Both the position numbers and the translations under genes were made by a program. 64,000 bases of DNA from Hyphomonadaceae bacterium. GTDB taxonomy: Bacteria > Pseudomonadota > Alphaproteobacteria > Caulobacterales > Aquidulcibacteraceae. Location: the NCBI GenBank assembly GCA_019636095.1, contig JAHBYF010000008.1, positions 41,886 to 105,885 of the forward strand, given 5' to 3'. Below, one piece after another: positions 10,099 to 20,071 of this stretch; position 1 is the stretch's first letter, and each line of letters opens with the position of its first letter. The notes under the pieces are model-generated. The model saw only the letters and a list, made by a program, of their open reading frames with translations, ran no database searches and had not been told where the DNA came from.

Positions 10099-11258
10099 GC
10101 CAAGAAGATATCGTCATCGTCGGCATGGCCCGCACGCCCATGGGCGGTTTGCTGGGCGAGCTCGCGAACCTGAGCGCGCCCGATCTCGGCGCCGTCGCCG
10201 TGAAAGCTGCGGTGAAGGAAGCCGGTGTCAAAGGCGCCGACACGATCTTCATGGGCAACGTCTTGTCCGCAGGCCTCGGCCAAGCGCCCGCGCGCCAAGC
10301 CGCGCTGAAAGCCGGCCTCGATAACGACACGCAAGCCGTGACGCTGAACAAGATGTGCGGCTCCGGCCTGCAAGCTGTCGCGATGGCGCGTCAAGCGCTT
10401 CTCTCTGGCGAGAGCGACGTCGTCATCGCTGGCGGCATGGAGAGCATGACGCGCGCGCCGTTCCTTATGGCGAAGCATCGCAGTGGCCAAAAGTATGGCC
10501 ACGACAAGCTCTTCGACCACATGGCGCTCGATGGCCTCGAGGACGCCTACGAAGGCAAGGCGATGGGCGTCTATGCCGACCAAGCCGCCAAAGATTATCA
10601 GTTCACACGCGAAGCTCAGGATAACTACGCCCTTGAAACACTGCGCCGTGCGCAAAGCGCCACGACTGAGGGACGCTTCAAGCGCGAGATCGCGCCAATC
10701 GAACTCAAGAGCGGCAATCTCGACACCGACGAACTGCCGCGCAAAGCCCGCCCCGACAAGATTCCTTCGCTGAAGCCAGCGTTCACGCCGGATGGGACTG
10801 TCACCGCCGCCAACGCCTCCGCCATCTCCGATGGCGCCGCCGCGCTTGTGCTGATGCGTCGCGGCGACGCGGAAAAGCAGAACAAGAAAATCCTCGCCAC
10901 GATCGTTGCGCAAGCCAGTCACGCGCAGGAACCCCAGAAATTCACGTCGGCGCCGGTACCCGCGATCCAGAAGGCGCTCTCACGCGCCGGTTGGAAAACC
11001 GGCGATGTCGATCTCTGGGAGATCAACGAAGCCTTCGCCGTTGTGCCCATGATTGCGATGAAAGAACTCGGCATCAGCCACGATATCATCAACGTCAATG
11101 GCGGCGCCTGCGCCTTGGGTCACCCCATTGGCGCGAGCGGCGCGCGCGTTCTTGTTACACTGCTCGCGGCGCTCGAAACGCAAAACGCCAAACGCGGCGT
11201 CGCTTCGCTCTGCATCGGCGGCGGCGAAGGCATCGCACTCGCTGTGGAGCGCGCGTGA
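10095..11258 (+). CDS. Acetyl-CoA C-acetyltransferase (thiolase II)
   Basis: MSQEDIVIVGMARTPMGG, NKMCGSGLQAV (active-site Cys), NVNGGACALGHPIGASGARVL and CIGGGEGIA. The ATG at 10095 overlaps the PaaI stop (ATGA). The track ORF start at 9843 is an upstream artefact. Confidence 0.9.
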   Translation: MSQEDIVIVGMARTPMGGLLGELANLSAPDLGAVAVKAAVKEAGVKGADTIFMGNVLSAGLGQAPARQAALKAGLDNDTQAVTLNKMCGSGLQAVAMARQALLSGESDVVIAGGMESMTRAPFLMAKHRSGQKYGHDKLFDHMALDGLEDAYEGKAMGVYADQAAKDYQFTREAQDNYALETLRRAQSATTEGRFKREIAPIELKSGNLDTDELPRKARPDKIPSLKPAFTPDGTVTAANASAISDGAAALVLMRRGDAEKQNKKILATIVAQASHAQEPQKFTSAPVPAIQKALSRAGWKTGDVDLWEINEAFAVVPMIAMKELGISHDIINVNGGACALGHPIGASGARVLVTLLAALETQNAKRGVASLCIGGGEGIALAVERA

Positions 11259-12316
11259 ACGAAAAGATCCTGGCGCACTTCGCCGAGCAGGCGATGTATT
11301 GCGACATATTCGGTTCGCCTTTCACGGCGCAGCTGATTAGGGCCATAAGCGCGGATTACGAGCAGGGCGGCCCCATCGCCGCTTTGCTCAAGGATTGGAA
11401 CACCAACCCGCGCGCCGATGCGCTGGCGCTCCGGATCGCGGGTTACTTTCATCACGCTGTGCTTGTGGGTCGCGATCCAGAACTTGCTGCCCATTACCCC
11501 TCAAGCGTCGCCAACTGGACGATCGATGATATTTGGCCCATCGCACGGGCGATGCTCGAACGCGAGCCAAATACGGCAGCCGCCTTTATCCGCTCGGCGC
11601 CGCAAACCAACGAGACCCGCCGCTCCATTGCGCTGCTTGCTGCGTTTCTGAACTTCGCCGAGTCCTGGAAAGGCGAGATCGATATGCTTGAGATTGGCGC
11701 CAGCGCCGGCCTCAATCTCAACTGGGATCTTTACACCTACAAAACCAAGTCCTGGGCCTGGGGCGCCGAGGGACCTGTGCAGATCGATACCGATTGGAAC
11801 GGCCCGCCGCCGCCGCTCGTTGATATCAACGTCCGCTCCCGTGCTGCGTGTGATCTCAACCCGCTCGATATCAGCGATGAAGCCCAGCGCCTCCAACTCA
11901 AGTCCTATGTTTGGCCCGATCAGCCTGATCGCCTGGCGCGCTTCGATGGCGCTATCGCGCTCGCTCGCGAATCCGGCGTCCACGTTGAGCGTGCCGACGC
12001 GGCTGAATGGCTCGCGCAGAAGCTCGCGGACCGCGCCGATGATGCGGCGACGATCGTCTATCATTCGGTCTTTTTTCAATATCCGCCACGCGCCGCGCGC
12101 GAGGCCATCGTCAGCGCTATCATGGGCGCTGCCGCGAACGCCAGCGAACGCGCGCCGCTCGTCTGGGTTCGTCTTGAACCGGAAGCGATCACTGACGGCG
12201 TTGAAAACAGCCCGCGCATGGTGATCGACATCACCACCTGGCCCGGTGCTAAGCGCCGCATCATCGGTTACACGGATGGCCACGTTCGTGCTGTCTACGC
12301 GCAAGAAGGCGGGTAG
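11255..12316 (+). CDS. DUF2332 family protein
   Basis: GTG 11255 overlaps the thiolase stop. ILAHFAEQAMYCDIFGSPFTAQLI...NPRADALALRIAGYFHHAVLVG fits my recollection of the DUF2332 N-terminus. Confidence 0.65.
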   Translation: MNEKILAHFAEQAMYCDIFGSPFTAQLIRAISADYEQGGPIAALLKDWNTNPRADALALRIAGYFHHAVLVGRDPELAAHYPSSVANWTIDDIWPIARAMLEREPNTAAAFIRSAPQTNETRRSIALLAAFLNFAESWKGEIDMLEIGASAGLNLNWDLYTYKTKSWAWGAEGPVQIDTDWNGPPPPLVDINVRSRAACDLNPLDISDEAQRLQLKSYVWPDQPDRLARFDGAIALARESGVHVERADAAEWLAQKLADRADDAATIVYHSVFFQYPPRAAREAIVSAIMGAAANASERAPLVWVRLEPEAITDGVENSPRMVIDITTWPGAKRRIIGYTDGHVRAVYAQEGG

Positions 12317-12368
12317 GCGGAGCCTGGCGCCCGTGTCGCGCCGAGGTTAATCCAGCACGACGCGATGC

Positions 12369-13634
12369 TCATCGCCGCGCAGAGAAATTGAACAGCCCGT
12401 CCCACGCCGTATCGAGCCTTACGAGCGCGTCGGCAGGCGCCACGGCGGTGTAGGTCTCATTCTCACGCGTCACCAGCCCAAGCCGCTCCAATTTCGCGAG
12501 CGCATCGTGAATTTCGAAGTCGATCTCCAGAGCAAACTTCTCGCGCAGCAGCGCCTCGCAGAAATTGTCGATCTCCGTCTTCGTCAGCGGCCACGCTTCC
12601 CGGCGCAGAACGGAGTACGCGAGGAACGCTTCCTTCGCGTCTTGCTCTTCACCCGCGCCGATCAATAGATCCAGCACGCCGGAATTGTTCGCAAGGTTAC
12701 GGAAGTAGACCGTGTCCGCGAGCTGCTTCTGGTAGCGAAGGGTCTGCGCCTCGTATTTCAGCCGCTGCCGCATAATGAAGGCGACAACCGCCACCAATCC
12801 GGAAACCGCAGCCAAGGCGCGCTTCAGTTCGCTTTCTTCGATCACACCCTGCGCGCCGAAATACGCGGCGAGCACGGCGAAGACCACCGTTAGCGCGGGC
12901 CACAGATTGAGCAGCACCGGTACGCCCGCAATCACAGCGGGTCCTGCTAGCATCGCTTGGTCGCGCGGCCGCATGCTAGGTTTCGCGCCGGGGTGCAGCG
13001 TGACCATTTCGGGCCCCGCCACGTTGCGAAAATGTTTGACGAGCGCTGCGCCCTGGCGCACGCCGCGCCGCATTTTTCGCAGGGCCTTGCGGTCGGCCGG
13101 CGCTGCAGCCTCGTCTTCCGCCTTGAAGCTTACGACGACAACGACATCGCTCATGGTCAGAACGTCGATTTTTTCGCGCCGCAAGCCGAACCAACGCTGT
13201 AACTCGATGTGCTCGCTATGCGCGCCTCGAGCGAAGAATCGTACGCGCCGTATGCCGGCGATAGATGGCTTGATGGCGAGCCCAGTTATCCGTTTTGTGG
13301 CTTCGCGGGTTTGCACGGTGTCGGGATCGATTTCGACAAAATTCGCGCGCGCCAGCGCTTCACTCAATTCGCTTTCGAATGCCTCGAGCGCGGCCACACT
13401 GACGTCGCGACGCGACTCAGGCGCATCGGGGTCGAGCGGATCGTAAAGCGCTTTTAGCCGCTCGAGTTCGGCGTGCGCTTCATGATGCAACAACGCGCCC
13501 AGGAGCTTGAGCACGTCGGCCATTGCCTGTGCTTCGCTCGGCGGTGCTTCCGCGGCGATAGCTTCGGCCAACTCGGCCTTGCGCACAGCAATGTAGCCGT
13601 CCCGCCGCGGCGGTGTCGTCGTCCCCTCAGGCAT
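12369..13634 (-). CDS. Membrane protein, DUF3754/TMEM143-like (tentative)
   Basis: 421 aa with two adjacent hydrophobic helices (AGPAVIAGVPVLLNLWPALTVVFAVLAAYF; AAVSGLVAVVAFIM). Family name is from memory only. Confidence 0.5.
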   Translation of the reverse strand: MPEGTTTPPRRDGYIAVRKAELAEAIAAEAPPSEAQAMADVLKLLGALLHHEAHAELERLKALYDPLDPDAPESRRDVSVAALEAFESELSEALARANFVEIDPDTVQTREATKRITGLAIKPSIAGIRRVRFFARGAHSEHIELQRWFGLRREKIDVLTMSDVVVVVSFKAEDEAAAPADRKALRKMRRGVRQGAALVKHFRNVAGPEMVTLHPGAKPSMRPRDQAMLAGPAVIAGVPVLLNLWPALTVVFAVLAAYFGAQGVIEESELKRALAAVSGLVAVVAFIMRQRLKYEAQTLRYQKQLADTVYFRNLANNSGVLDLLIGAGEEQDAKEAFLAYSVLRREAWPLTKTEIDNFCEALLREKFALEIDFEIHDALAKLERLGLVTRENETYTAVAPADALVRLDTAWDGLFNFSARR

Positions 13635-13732
13635 GCCGGTGTGCTAGCGCAGCCACGGCCGGGAATCTATGCGGAACGGCGGTTGCGGGACGCCCGCCAA
13701 GTGATGAAGATTGGAATCATTGGGGGGTGTAG

Positions 13733-14617
13733 ATGCGGGCAAGGATCGTAGCGGCCTTTTTGACAGCGGCCTTGCTGACAATGGCGGCTCCCGTCGACGC
13801 GCAGCAACAGGCCGCGCCCGATCCATTGCTTGGCCAGTTTGGCGCGATCGTGGAAGTGGCGCCGCCGCCGCCCGAAGCCGCGCGTCTCGCGAATTTGATG
13901 AGCGCTTCGCTCGCGGCGCTTGAGCCCCAGCGCCGCCGCCACGCAGATGTCTATCTTCTTGTCGCTTCGCTCTGGGACGATCCTGTGTTTGAGCGCGAGG
14001 CCGTACAAGCCGAAGCGATCTTGAGTCAGCATCTCGGAGCGCAGGGGCGTTCCGTTATACTCAGCGCCGGCGGTCAGGGGGTGCGCCAGTATCCCGCCGC
14101 CACGCCCACAAACATTTCTGCTGCGATCGGCCACATCGCCACTGTGATGGACCCGGCGGAGGATTTGTTTGTTCTCTTCATCACATCGCACGGGGCTGCC
14201 GACGGCACCGCCGCACTTCGCGAACGCAACCGCCTCAGCGCTTCGCTGCGTCCAATCAGCCTCAGCGCCATGCTATCGCAGGCCAACATTCGCAATCGCG
14301 TGGTGATCATCTCGGCGTGCTTTTCCGGCGCGTTCATTCCGACGCTGCAAGATCAAAATACGATCGTTTTGACAGCCGCTGCCGCTGATCGAACCTCGTT
14401 TGGCTGTGAGCCGCAGCGCGATTGGACCTATTTCGGCGACGCCTATTTCAACCGCGCCTTGCGTGGCGGCGCCTCGATGCTTGAGGGATTTGAGCGCGCC
14501 AAATTGCAAATCTCGACTTGGGAAACCGAGCAGCACCTCACGCCATCGATGCCGCAGAGTTCTATCGGCGCCAACGCAGCCGCCATGTTGCAGCGCGCCG
14601 AGCGCGAAGCCCACTAG
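13733..14617 (+). CDS. Peptidase C13 (legumain-like) family protein, exported
   Basis: Signal peptide MRARIVAAFLTAALLTMAAPVDAQ. His-Gly ...FITSHGAADG and Cys ...VIISACFSGAF form the catalytic dyad pattern of clan CD/C13. Confidence 0.7.
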   Translation: MRARIVAAFLTAALLTMAAPVDAQQQAAPDPLLGQFGAIVEVAPPPPEAARLANLMSASLAALEPQRRRHADVYLLVASLWDDPVFEREAVQAEAILSQHLGAQGRSVILSAGGQGVRQYPAATPTNISAAIGHIATVMDPAEDLFVLFITSHGAADGTAALRERNRLSASLRPISLSAMLSQANIRNRVVIISACFSGAFIPTLQDQNTIVLTAAAADRTSFGCEPQRDWTYFGDAYFNRALRGGASMLEGFERAKLQISTWETEQHLTPSMPQSSIGANAAAMLQRAEREAH

Positions 14618-15105
14618 CTTTCCGGCGTCGGCGAGATCAGTTCGAGCGGCGCCGCTGTGGTTCGCTTCGCCGCGCGCATCACGATGCGCGATTGCACATC
14701 GCTTACCAGCCCGAGGCCAAGCATCTTGTCGCGCAGAAAATCGTCATAGGCGTGCATGTCCTTGGTGATAATCCGCAACATGTAATCGACAGCGCCAGTC
14801 ACAGTCGCGCAATCAACCACCTCGGGCCATTTCTCGACCGCAGCCTCGAAGCGTTCGAGATTTTCCCGCGAAGGCAGTTGCAGCTTCACTGACGCGAAGA
14901 CCTCAAAGGTCAGACCTAGCTTTTCGTAGTCGAGCAGCGTCACCTGCTTTCGGATGACCCCGGCCTTCTTCAGGCGTTCAATGCGCCGCCAAGCTGGCGA
15001 AGAAGAAAGACCGACCTGTTCGGCAATGTCGGCGATTGAGAGCCCGGCGTTGTCCTGCAGCAGCTCCAGAATGCGGGCGTCGATGGCGTCCAATGCTTCG
15101 GACAA
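14614..15105 (-). CDS. Lrp/AsnC family transcriptional regulator
   Basis: LDAIDARILELLQDNAGLSIADIAEQVGLSSSPAWRRIERLKKAGVI (HTH) plus an RAM/AsnC_trans_reg C-terminal domain. I prefer TTG 15105 (GGGAGG 5 nt upstream, 164 aa) over the track start at 15231. Confidence 0.85.
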   Translation of the reverse strand: MSEALDAIDARILELLQDNAGLSIADIAEQVGLSSSPAWRRIERLKKAGVIRKQVTLLDYEKLGLTFEVFASVKLQLPSRENLERFEAAVEKWPEVVDCATVTGAVDYMLRIITKDMHAYDDFLRDKMLGLGLVSDVQSRIVMRAAKRTTAAPLELISPTPES

Positions 15106-15286
15106 AATTGCCTCCCAAGGGCGACATTGCGGCAGGTTCTCCCATGGTTGCGCCGCATTCGACCCGCCCGCAAGTCTGGAGACGGCTCCCGGCGAAAGGA
15201 ATTTGCAAGAACTGGCGCAATCAGGCGGCAAATCCCACCGGACCGCTTGCTCCGCGCCCCAGCCGCGCGTAAACGTCCCGCCCTTC

Positions 15287-15363
15287 GGTGGCGTAGCTCA
15301 TCTGGTTAGAGCGTGGGATTCATAACCCCAAGGTAGGTGGTTCAAGTCCACCCGCCACCACCA
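15287..15363 (+). tRNA. tRNA-Met (anticodon CAU, elongator type; tRNA-Ile2/lysidine not excluded)
   Basis: Folds by hand into a cloverleaf. Acceptor GGTGGCG/CGCCACC, D arm GCTC/GAGC, anticodon loop TTCATAA, T arm GGTGG-TTCAAGT-CCACC, encoded CCA. The G1-C72 pair argues against an initiator. Confidence 0.9.
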
Positions 15364-15364
15364 A

Positions 15365-15393
15365 CCGGTCCCCTTGGCCCTGGTTGGGACCGG
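15365..15393 (+). other. Stem-loop immediately after the tRNA
   Basis: CCGGTCCC-cttggccctggtt-GGGACCGG, an 8-bp perfect stem with no T tract. Confidence 0.4.
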
Positions 15394-15512
15394 TCGCCTC
15401 GGGAAAAATCTCGCTCGTTCCGCGGCTTTGCATTTTTAATCCAAGGTAGAGAGACGGCCGTGGCGGCCCTCGACGGGCGCTGTTCTCGCCATTCTCTCTC
15501 CGGGCAATTTTG

Positions 15513-16124
15513 CTACTGTGGATTCAAACGCCAGAGAGAGGTTCGCAGGTCAACTGCTCGCCTAGCGTTTTTCTGAACTGGCCAGTGAAAGCGCGAAAAC
15601 AGCGTTCGCTGTTCAGCCCGCCGCATCGGCAAGTTTGCCTTGATGAGGCCGATGAGCGAGAGCCGCGAGGGCTGACGGCCGTCGAGGATCATCTTGATCA
15701 GATCCGGCGCCAAATACCCCAAATAGACTGGCGAGATCTCTTCCCGCTGAGCGAGCGCCTCTATCGAAACAACTTCGCCTGACGCCAGCAGATCTTGCCA
15801 TCGCCGCGCCTGAACGATCGCACGCACCAATGCGCGATCGACGCGCGGCGACGCGCTCTGATCATTGTCGAGGACCAAGCGACCGGAAGCCGGTCGCGCC
15901 AGCGCATGCTCAAACTCCAAGCGGACTAGTGTTGCGTCGCCATTTTCATCGGCTGATTGTAGCGCCAGCGCTTCGCGATCGATTTCGACGACGAGTTTCT
16001 TCGCGCCAAGTTCGGCTCGCTGAATGGCGTTGAAAACACCTTTGGGCGCGGCCGCTAGCCAATGACGATCCAAGTGCGGCGCCACCAGCTCGGCGATCGT
16101 CCTCTCAAGTTTCGGCGCCGACAC
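15513..16124 (-). pseudogene. C-terminal remnant of a serine recombinase family protein (catalytic N-terminus missing)
   Basis: RALVRAIVQARRWQDLLASGEVVSIEALAQREEISPVYLGYLAPDLIKMILDGRQP resembles the conserved C-terminal tail of large resolvase/invertase-type recombinases. No resolvase catalytic domain is present upstream. Confidence 0.6.
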
Positions 16125-16150
16125 CCGCGGTAAGCTGCTATCTTCGAAGC

Positions 16151-16348
16151 TTGTTGGTGGCAGGCTCGCTTGCCGTCATACGTTACGCGCAGAGACACGG
16201 CACGAAACGGCCTTGGTTGGTGAAGCTGCTGGAGCGAAGAACGTCAAAGATCGCCGCCGTGGCGATGGCCAACAAGATCGCGCGCATGGTCTGGGCGTTG
16301 ATGACCAGGGGCGAAAGTTACCGCGAGCCGGTTTTGCGGACCGCGTAA
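16151..16348 (+). mobile_element. IS110-family transposase C-terminal fragment
   Basis: 65 aa. KIAAVAMANKIARMVWALMTRGESYREP matches the typical IS110 C-terminal motif (ALANKLARI.W..L). No N-terminal DEDD domain. Confidence 0.55.
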
Positions 16349-16640
16349 CGAAACGCGCGTCCTCGCGGCGCGCACGAGGTTGGAAAGGGCAATTCGAGAT
16401 CATGTAAAACCGGTCGAGCCGGGGATCAGGGCGAACCCATTCATCCCAGAGCGTCTCTGAACGCGTGTTTTTGATCGGGATCTGATCCGCGGAGAGCATG
16501 AAGGCCAGCGGCGTTCGCGTCGCATCAAACAGGCCGGACACATGGGCGCACCGACCGCCGAGCATGATCAGAGATTTTCCTTGCCAGCAGGGTGCCGTCC
16601 ACACATGGGATGAAGGCGACGGTGAGTCACATCCTGAAGC

Positions 16641-17468
16641 TCAAGAATCCAGGGTCCTGTCCGGCAGCGGCATTTCTTCGGACAGCGGGGCCGCACCTGG
16701 CGGTCGACTTACAAGTCGCCGGGCCTTTGTGTCGCGCCGAAACTCTTGTGCGCGAGATAGGATGACTTCGTCGGCGAGTGTCGCGCGGCCGGCGCGTCGC
16801 AAGTGATCCATCCAAGTGGGGCTCTCGAATCGTTCGACCCACCTTGTCGGATCGTCGATGTCTTGCGCAACGCACCAGTTTCGAGCGCCGTTGCGGGTGC
16901 GTATCCGGCCTAGTTCGTGGAGCAGTTCCAGCAATCGTTCGGCTTGGTCTGCTGAGGCCTGATACTCAACCACGATCAGCAAAGGCCCGGTGTTTGCCTC
17001 GAGGCGGACGCGAGGAGGGCGAACGTCGTGGTTGCGAGGAGTCAGGTCCTCACTTGTCGTAGCAATCATAGTCCTCGGAACGAATACGCTTGCGATGAGG
17101 AATGCGCTGGCGGTCAAGCACGTAGATACGAGACCAAACCGACTGGCCAGTCCGCCGCATGCGGCGGCGCCAAGAGCCAGCGCACCCAGCGTCATTACCC
17201 GACCGACACCAACGCTTCGTCCGACAACCCACCGCGGGCTGGAGAGTTGGATGGCGCTGTTGAAGGTCGTCAGCGCCAAGACCCAGGCGAAGCCGCCGAG
17301 CGCCATGAAGACCAAAGTGACTGCAGTGATCTGACTTAGCGCTATTCCAGCGCTCGCGATCGCCGCCGCGATGGTCGCCAGCCTAATCTGCGACTCAGCT
17401 CTCGCGGTAGGTGTTTGCGAGAATGTCCGAAACTGTCGGATCGCGAAGCAGCGGTTCAAGTGGGCCAA
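16641..17468 (-). pseudogene. MFS transporter, C-terminal part only (5'-truncated)
   Basis: Only about 4 TM helices (IAAAIASAGIALSQITAVTLVFMALGGFAWVLALTTF...) plus a soluble tail. A full MFS protein needs 12 TM helices. Confidence 0.5.
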
Positions 17469-18203
17469 AGCCGCGGAGCTCGTCGATCAAGTCGTCGGTC
17501 AAACGGACTTTTTCACCCGAGTTCAGAGGCAGCCAATGCCGGGAGAATTGCTGACCGCCTAGAGGAGGCGCTGCTTCGATTGTCGGAGATGGGATTGTTG
17601 CCGAACGACCTGCTTACTGACAAAGCCAATAGTCTTCGGGCAAGCCACAAGCATTGGTTCGAGACTTGGTGCGAGGGGGAGGTCGTATTTCGTCGCCCGG
17701 CGTTCATCGAGCCGAACGCCGCGCTGTCGCGCAGGGCTTAAAAAAGCAGTGATGACTGCCGGTGAAACGCGGTTGCTGGGCGTTGTCGGGCAATCATCAC
17801 TGCGTCAGAGGTATTTGGATCGCCAAATTGCTGGTTGCTCGGTCGCAACTCAATCGTCTTCTTGGTTCAGAGGTGCGACGAGCATGAAGGCGTCGCCAGA
17901 AGCAAATAGGTCCGATGGGCAAAGGTTTTCTGCGAATTCGTCGCCTAACTTCGTTTGTTGAACTAGCAGTTCGCGTCGTTGGTTGTAACCGCATCTCAAT
18001 GTGGAAGGGTTTCGCTCTGCTGGCGCTTAGAGGTCCAAGATTCTCCGGGCGAGCGGCGGGTTGAGCACCTGGGAAAATCCTGAAATTCTTGACCGTGGTT
18101 TAGTCTGAGCCGGGGTGGACGTAACTGGCCGGCCTTCGATTTCCGCCGCCGCCGCTCGCCACGTCCTCGTGATCAAGCTACGATCAATGGCCTGGAGGCC
18201 AGA

Positions 18204-19922
18204 TTGTCAGAGACTCGCCGGCTCGCAGCGATTTTGGTGGCTGATGTAGTCGGCTATAGTCGCATGATGGGCGAAGACGAGGCTGCTACACTCCGTGCCC
18301 TGAGGTCTCTTTGGGCGGATGTCGTCGAGCCGTCGGCCGAACGAAACAAAGGACGCGTCTTCAAGTCAGTCGGTGACGGAAAGCTTATAGAGTTCTCGAG
18401 CGCGGTAGATGCAGTACGATGCGCTCTCGACATTCAAGAACGCCGGACCCTAGTTGAGCCGCCGCTTCGCATCGGCGTGCATGTTGGGGACGTCGTCATC
18501 GAGGATGGCGATCTTCTGGGTGACAGCGTCAACATTGCTGCAAGACTCCAGCAAGAAGCGCCAGCAAATGGCATTCTGGTTTCGGGCGCCGTTTACGACC
18601 AGCTTCGCGGGAAGCTCGGTATTTCCCTCAGCGATCTCGGTGAACTCAAACTCAAGAACGTCAGAACGCCGGTGCGCGCCTGGAAGTGGACAGCCGGCGG
18701 CGCGGGGTCGATGTCGGCGACGGGGGCGGACCAAAGCTCGACGCCGTCACTGGCGCTCATACCTTTCGTCAACATTGGCAATGATCCCGAGCAGGAATAC
18801 TTCGCCGACGGCTTGGTCGAAGACATGATCACGACTCTGGCTAAGCTCTCTGGTTTGACGGTGATCGCGCCGAACTCAACGTTTTTGTTCAAAGATCGCA
18901 AGGCCGACGCGCGCGAAACGGCACGCGCCTTGGGCGTTCAGTTCATCCTGGAAGGAAGCGTGCGCCGGAGCGGAGACCGCGTTCGGATTACCGTGCAATT
19001 GGTTGACGGGAAGAGCGGCGCCAGCCTTTGGGCCGAACGCTACGATCGTGCAGTGGAAGACTTGTTCGCGCTGCAGGACGAGATCACGCTGATCGTGGCG
19101 ACTGAACTTCAGGTGAAGCTCACCGAGGGTGAGCAGGCGAGGCTGCGGTATACAACAACGCAAAACGTGGAAGCCTGGACGCTTTGGGCGCAGGGTCTGG
19201 CGCACTACCGAACCGGCGTAATGACGCCGGAAGGGTCGGGTCGCGCCCGACAATTTTGGGAGCGTGCCCTCGAATGTGACCCGAACTCAAGCAACCTTCA
19301 CGGAATGCTCGCCACGCTGCGAGTGGCCGATGCGCGATTAGGCTGGTGGGGTACGCGCGAAGACGCCATAACGATCGGTATGGAGCACGCGCGCAAGGCG
19401 CTTGATCTCGATCCGAACAATGCTGACGCGCACCTTGCCGCCGGCATGCTACTTTATCTGCAACGGCGATTTGACGAAGCTGAGAACGCCGCGCGTCTCG
19501 CGCTCGAACTGGCTCCAGGCGCCGCCGACGTAGCAGCGCTTGCGGCGACTGTTCTTGCTGCGGGCGGCGCCTATGACGAGGCACTGAGTGCCATCGAAAG
19601 AGCGATGCGGCTCAGCCCTAAGCCCCCGGCCAACTATTTCGGCATTCAGGGCAACGTGCTTCGCCTAGCAGGCAAAGACATTGAAGCGACGGCGGCGTTT
19701 CAGACCTTATCGCGGCGCAACCCGGGTTTTGGACACCTTGATCTGGCGATCATTTATTACAAACAAGGACGGGCAGAAGAAGCGCGCGCGGAAGTCACCG
19801 AAGCGCTCAAGGCACGCCCCCGTCTTTCCGTGACCAGCTTCGCCATCACGCAAGTGCGTCGCAACGATGAAGCGTTAGCGGCAGATCTTGAGGCATTGAG
19901 GGCGTCTGGCCTCCCTGAGTAA
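18204..19922 (+). CDS. Class III adenylate/guanylate cyclase - TolB_N-like - TPR protein
   Basis: TTG start with GGAGG upstream. LAAILVADVVGYSRMMGEDE...FKSVGDGKLIEF...RIGVHVGDVVIEDGDLLGDSVNIAARL (cyclase domain). LALIPFVNIGNDPEQEYFADGLVEDMITTL (TolB_N-like). C-terminal TPR-like repeats. Confidence 0.8.
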   Translation: MSETRRLAAILVADVVGYSRMMGEDEAATLRALRSLWADVVEPSAERNKGRVFKSVGDGKLIEFSSAVDAVRCALDIQERRTLVEPPLRIGVHVGDVVIEDGDLLGDSVNIAARLQQEAPANGILVSGAVYDQLRGKLGISLSDLGELKLKNVRTPVRAWKWTAGGAGSMSATGADQSSTPSLALIPFVNIGNDPEQEYFADGLVEDMITTLAKLSGLTVIAPNSTFLFKDRKADARETARALGVQFILEGSVRRSGDRVRITVQLVDGKSGASLWAERYDRAVEDLFALQDEITLIVATELQVKLTEGEQARLRYTTTQNVEAWTLWAQGLAHYRTGVMTPEGSGRARQFWERALECDPNSSNLHGMLATLRVADARLGWWGTREDAITIGMEHARKALDLDPNNADAHLAAGMLLYLQRRFDEAENAARLALELAPGAADVAALAATVLAAGGAYDEALSAIERAMRLSPKPPANYFGIQGNVLRLAGKDIEATAAFQTLSRRNPGFGHLDLAIIYYKQGRAEEARAEVTEALKARPRLSVTSFAITQVRRNDEALAADLEALRASGLPE

Positions 19923-19941
19923 CTGCGGCCCACCGTCCATT

Positions 19942-20045
19942 TTCGGCGATGGCCGGCCCTAGCGGGCGCGACATCGCCAGCGGCAGGAATAGAGCGACTA
20001 GGCCGGTCGTGAATATGGCGATCAGCGCGACATTGGCCCAGTCCG
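19942..20045 (+). repeat. R repeat copy (3' half well conserved, 5' half diverged)
   Basis: 19987-20045 gaatagagcgactaggccggtcgtgaatatggcgatcagcgcgacattggcccagtcc aligns with 29527-29584 at about 75% by hand count. Confidence 0.55.
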
Positions 20046-20071
20046 GATATTGGTCCGCCGCCGCTCAGAAA

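Noticed and set aside
15287-15363. R repeat as a tRNA-derived pseudogene (gcgctaagccactg...ggagcgagtaggt versus the D-arm and variable region of the tRNA-Met)
   Set aside because: Only short shared strings (for example ggtaggt). There is no acceptor stem, anticodon arm or T arm in R, so the idea cannot be supported by eye.
16176-16604. 142-aa minus-strand ORF next to the IS110 fragment
   Set aside because: No motif was recognised, it overlaps the IS110 remnant, and half of it is low-complexity Arg/Pro/Ser. It is probably non-coding IS-end debris.
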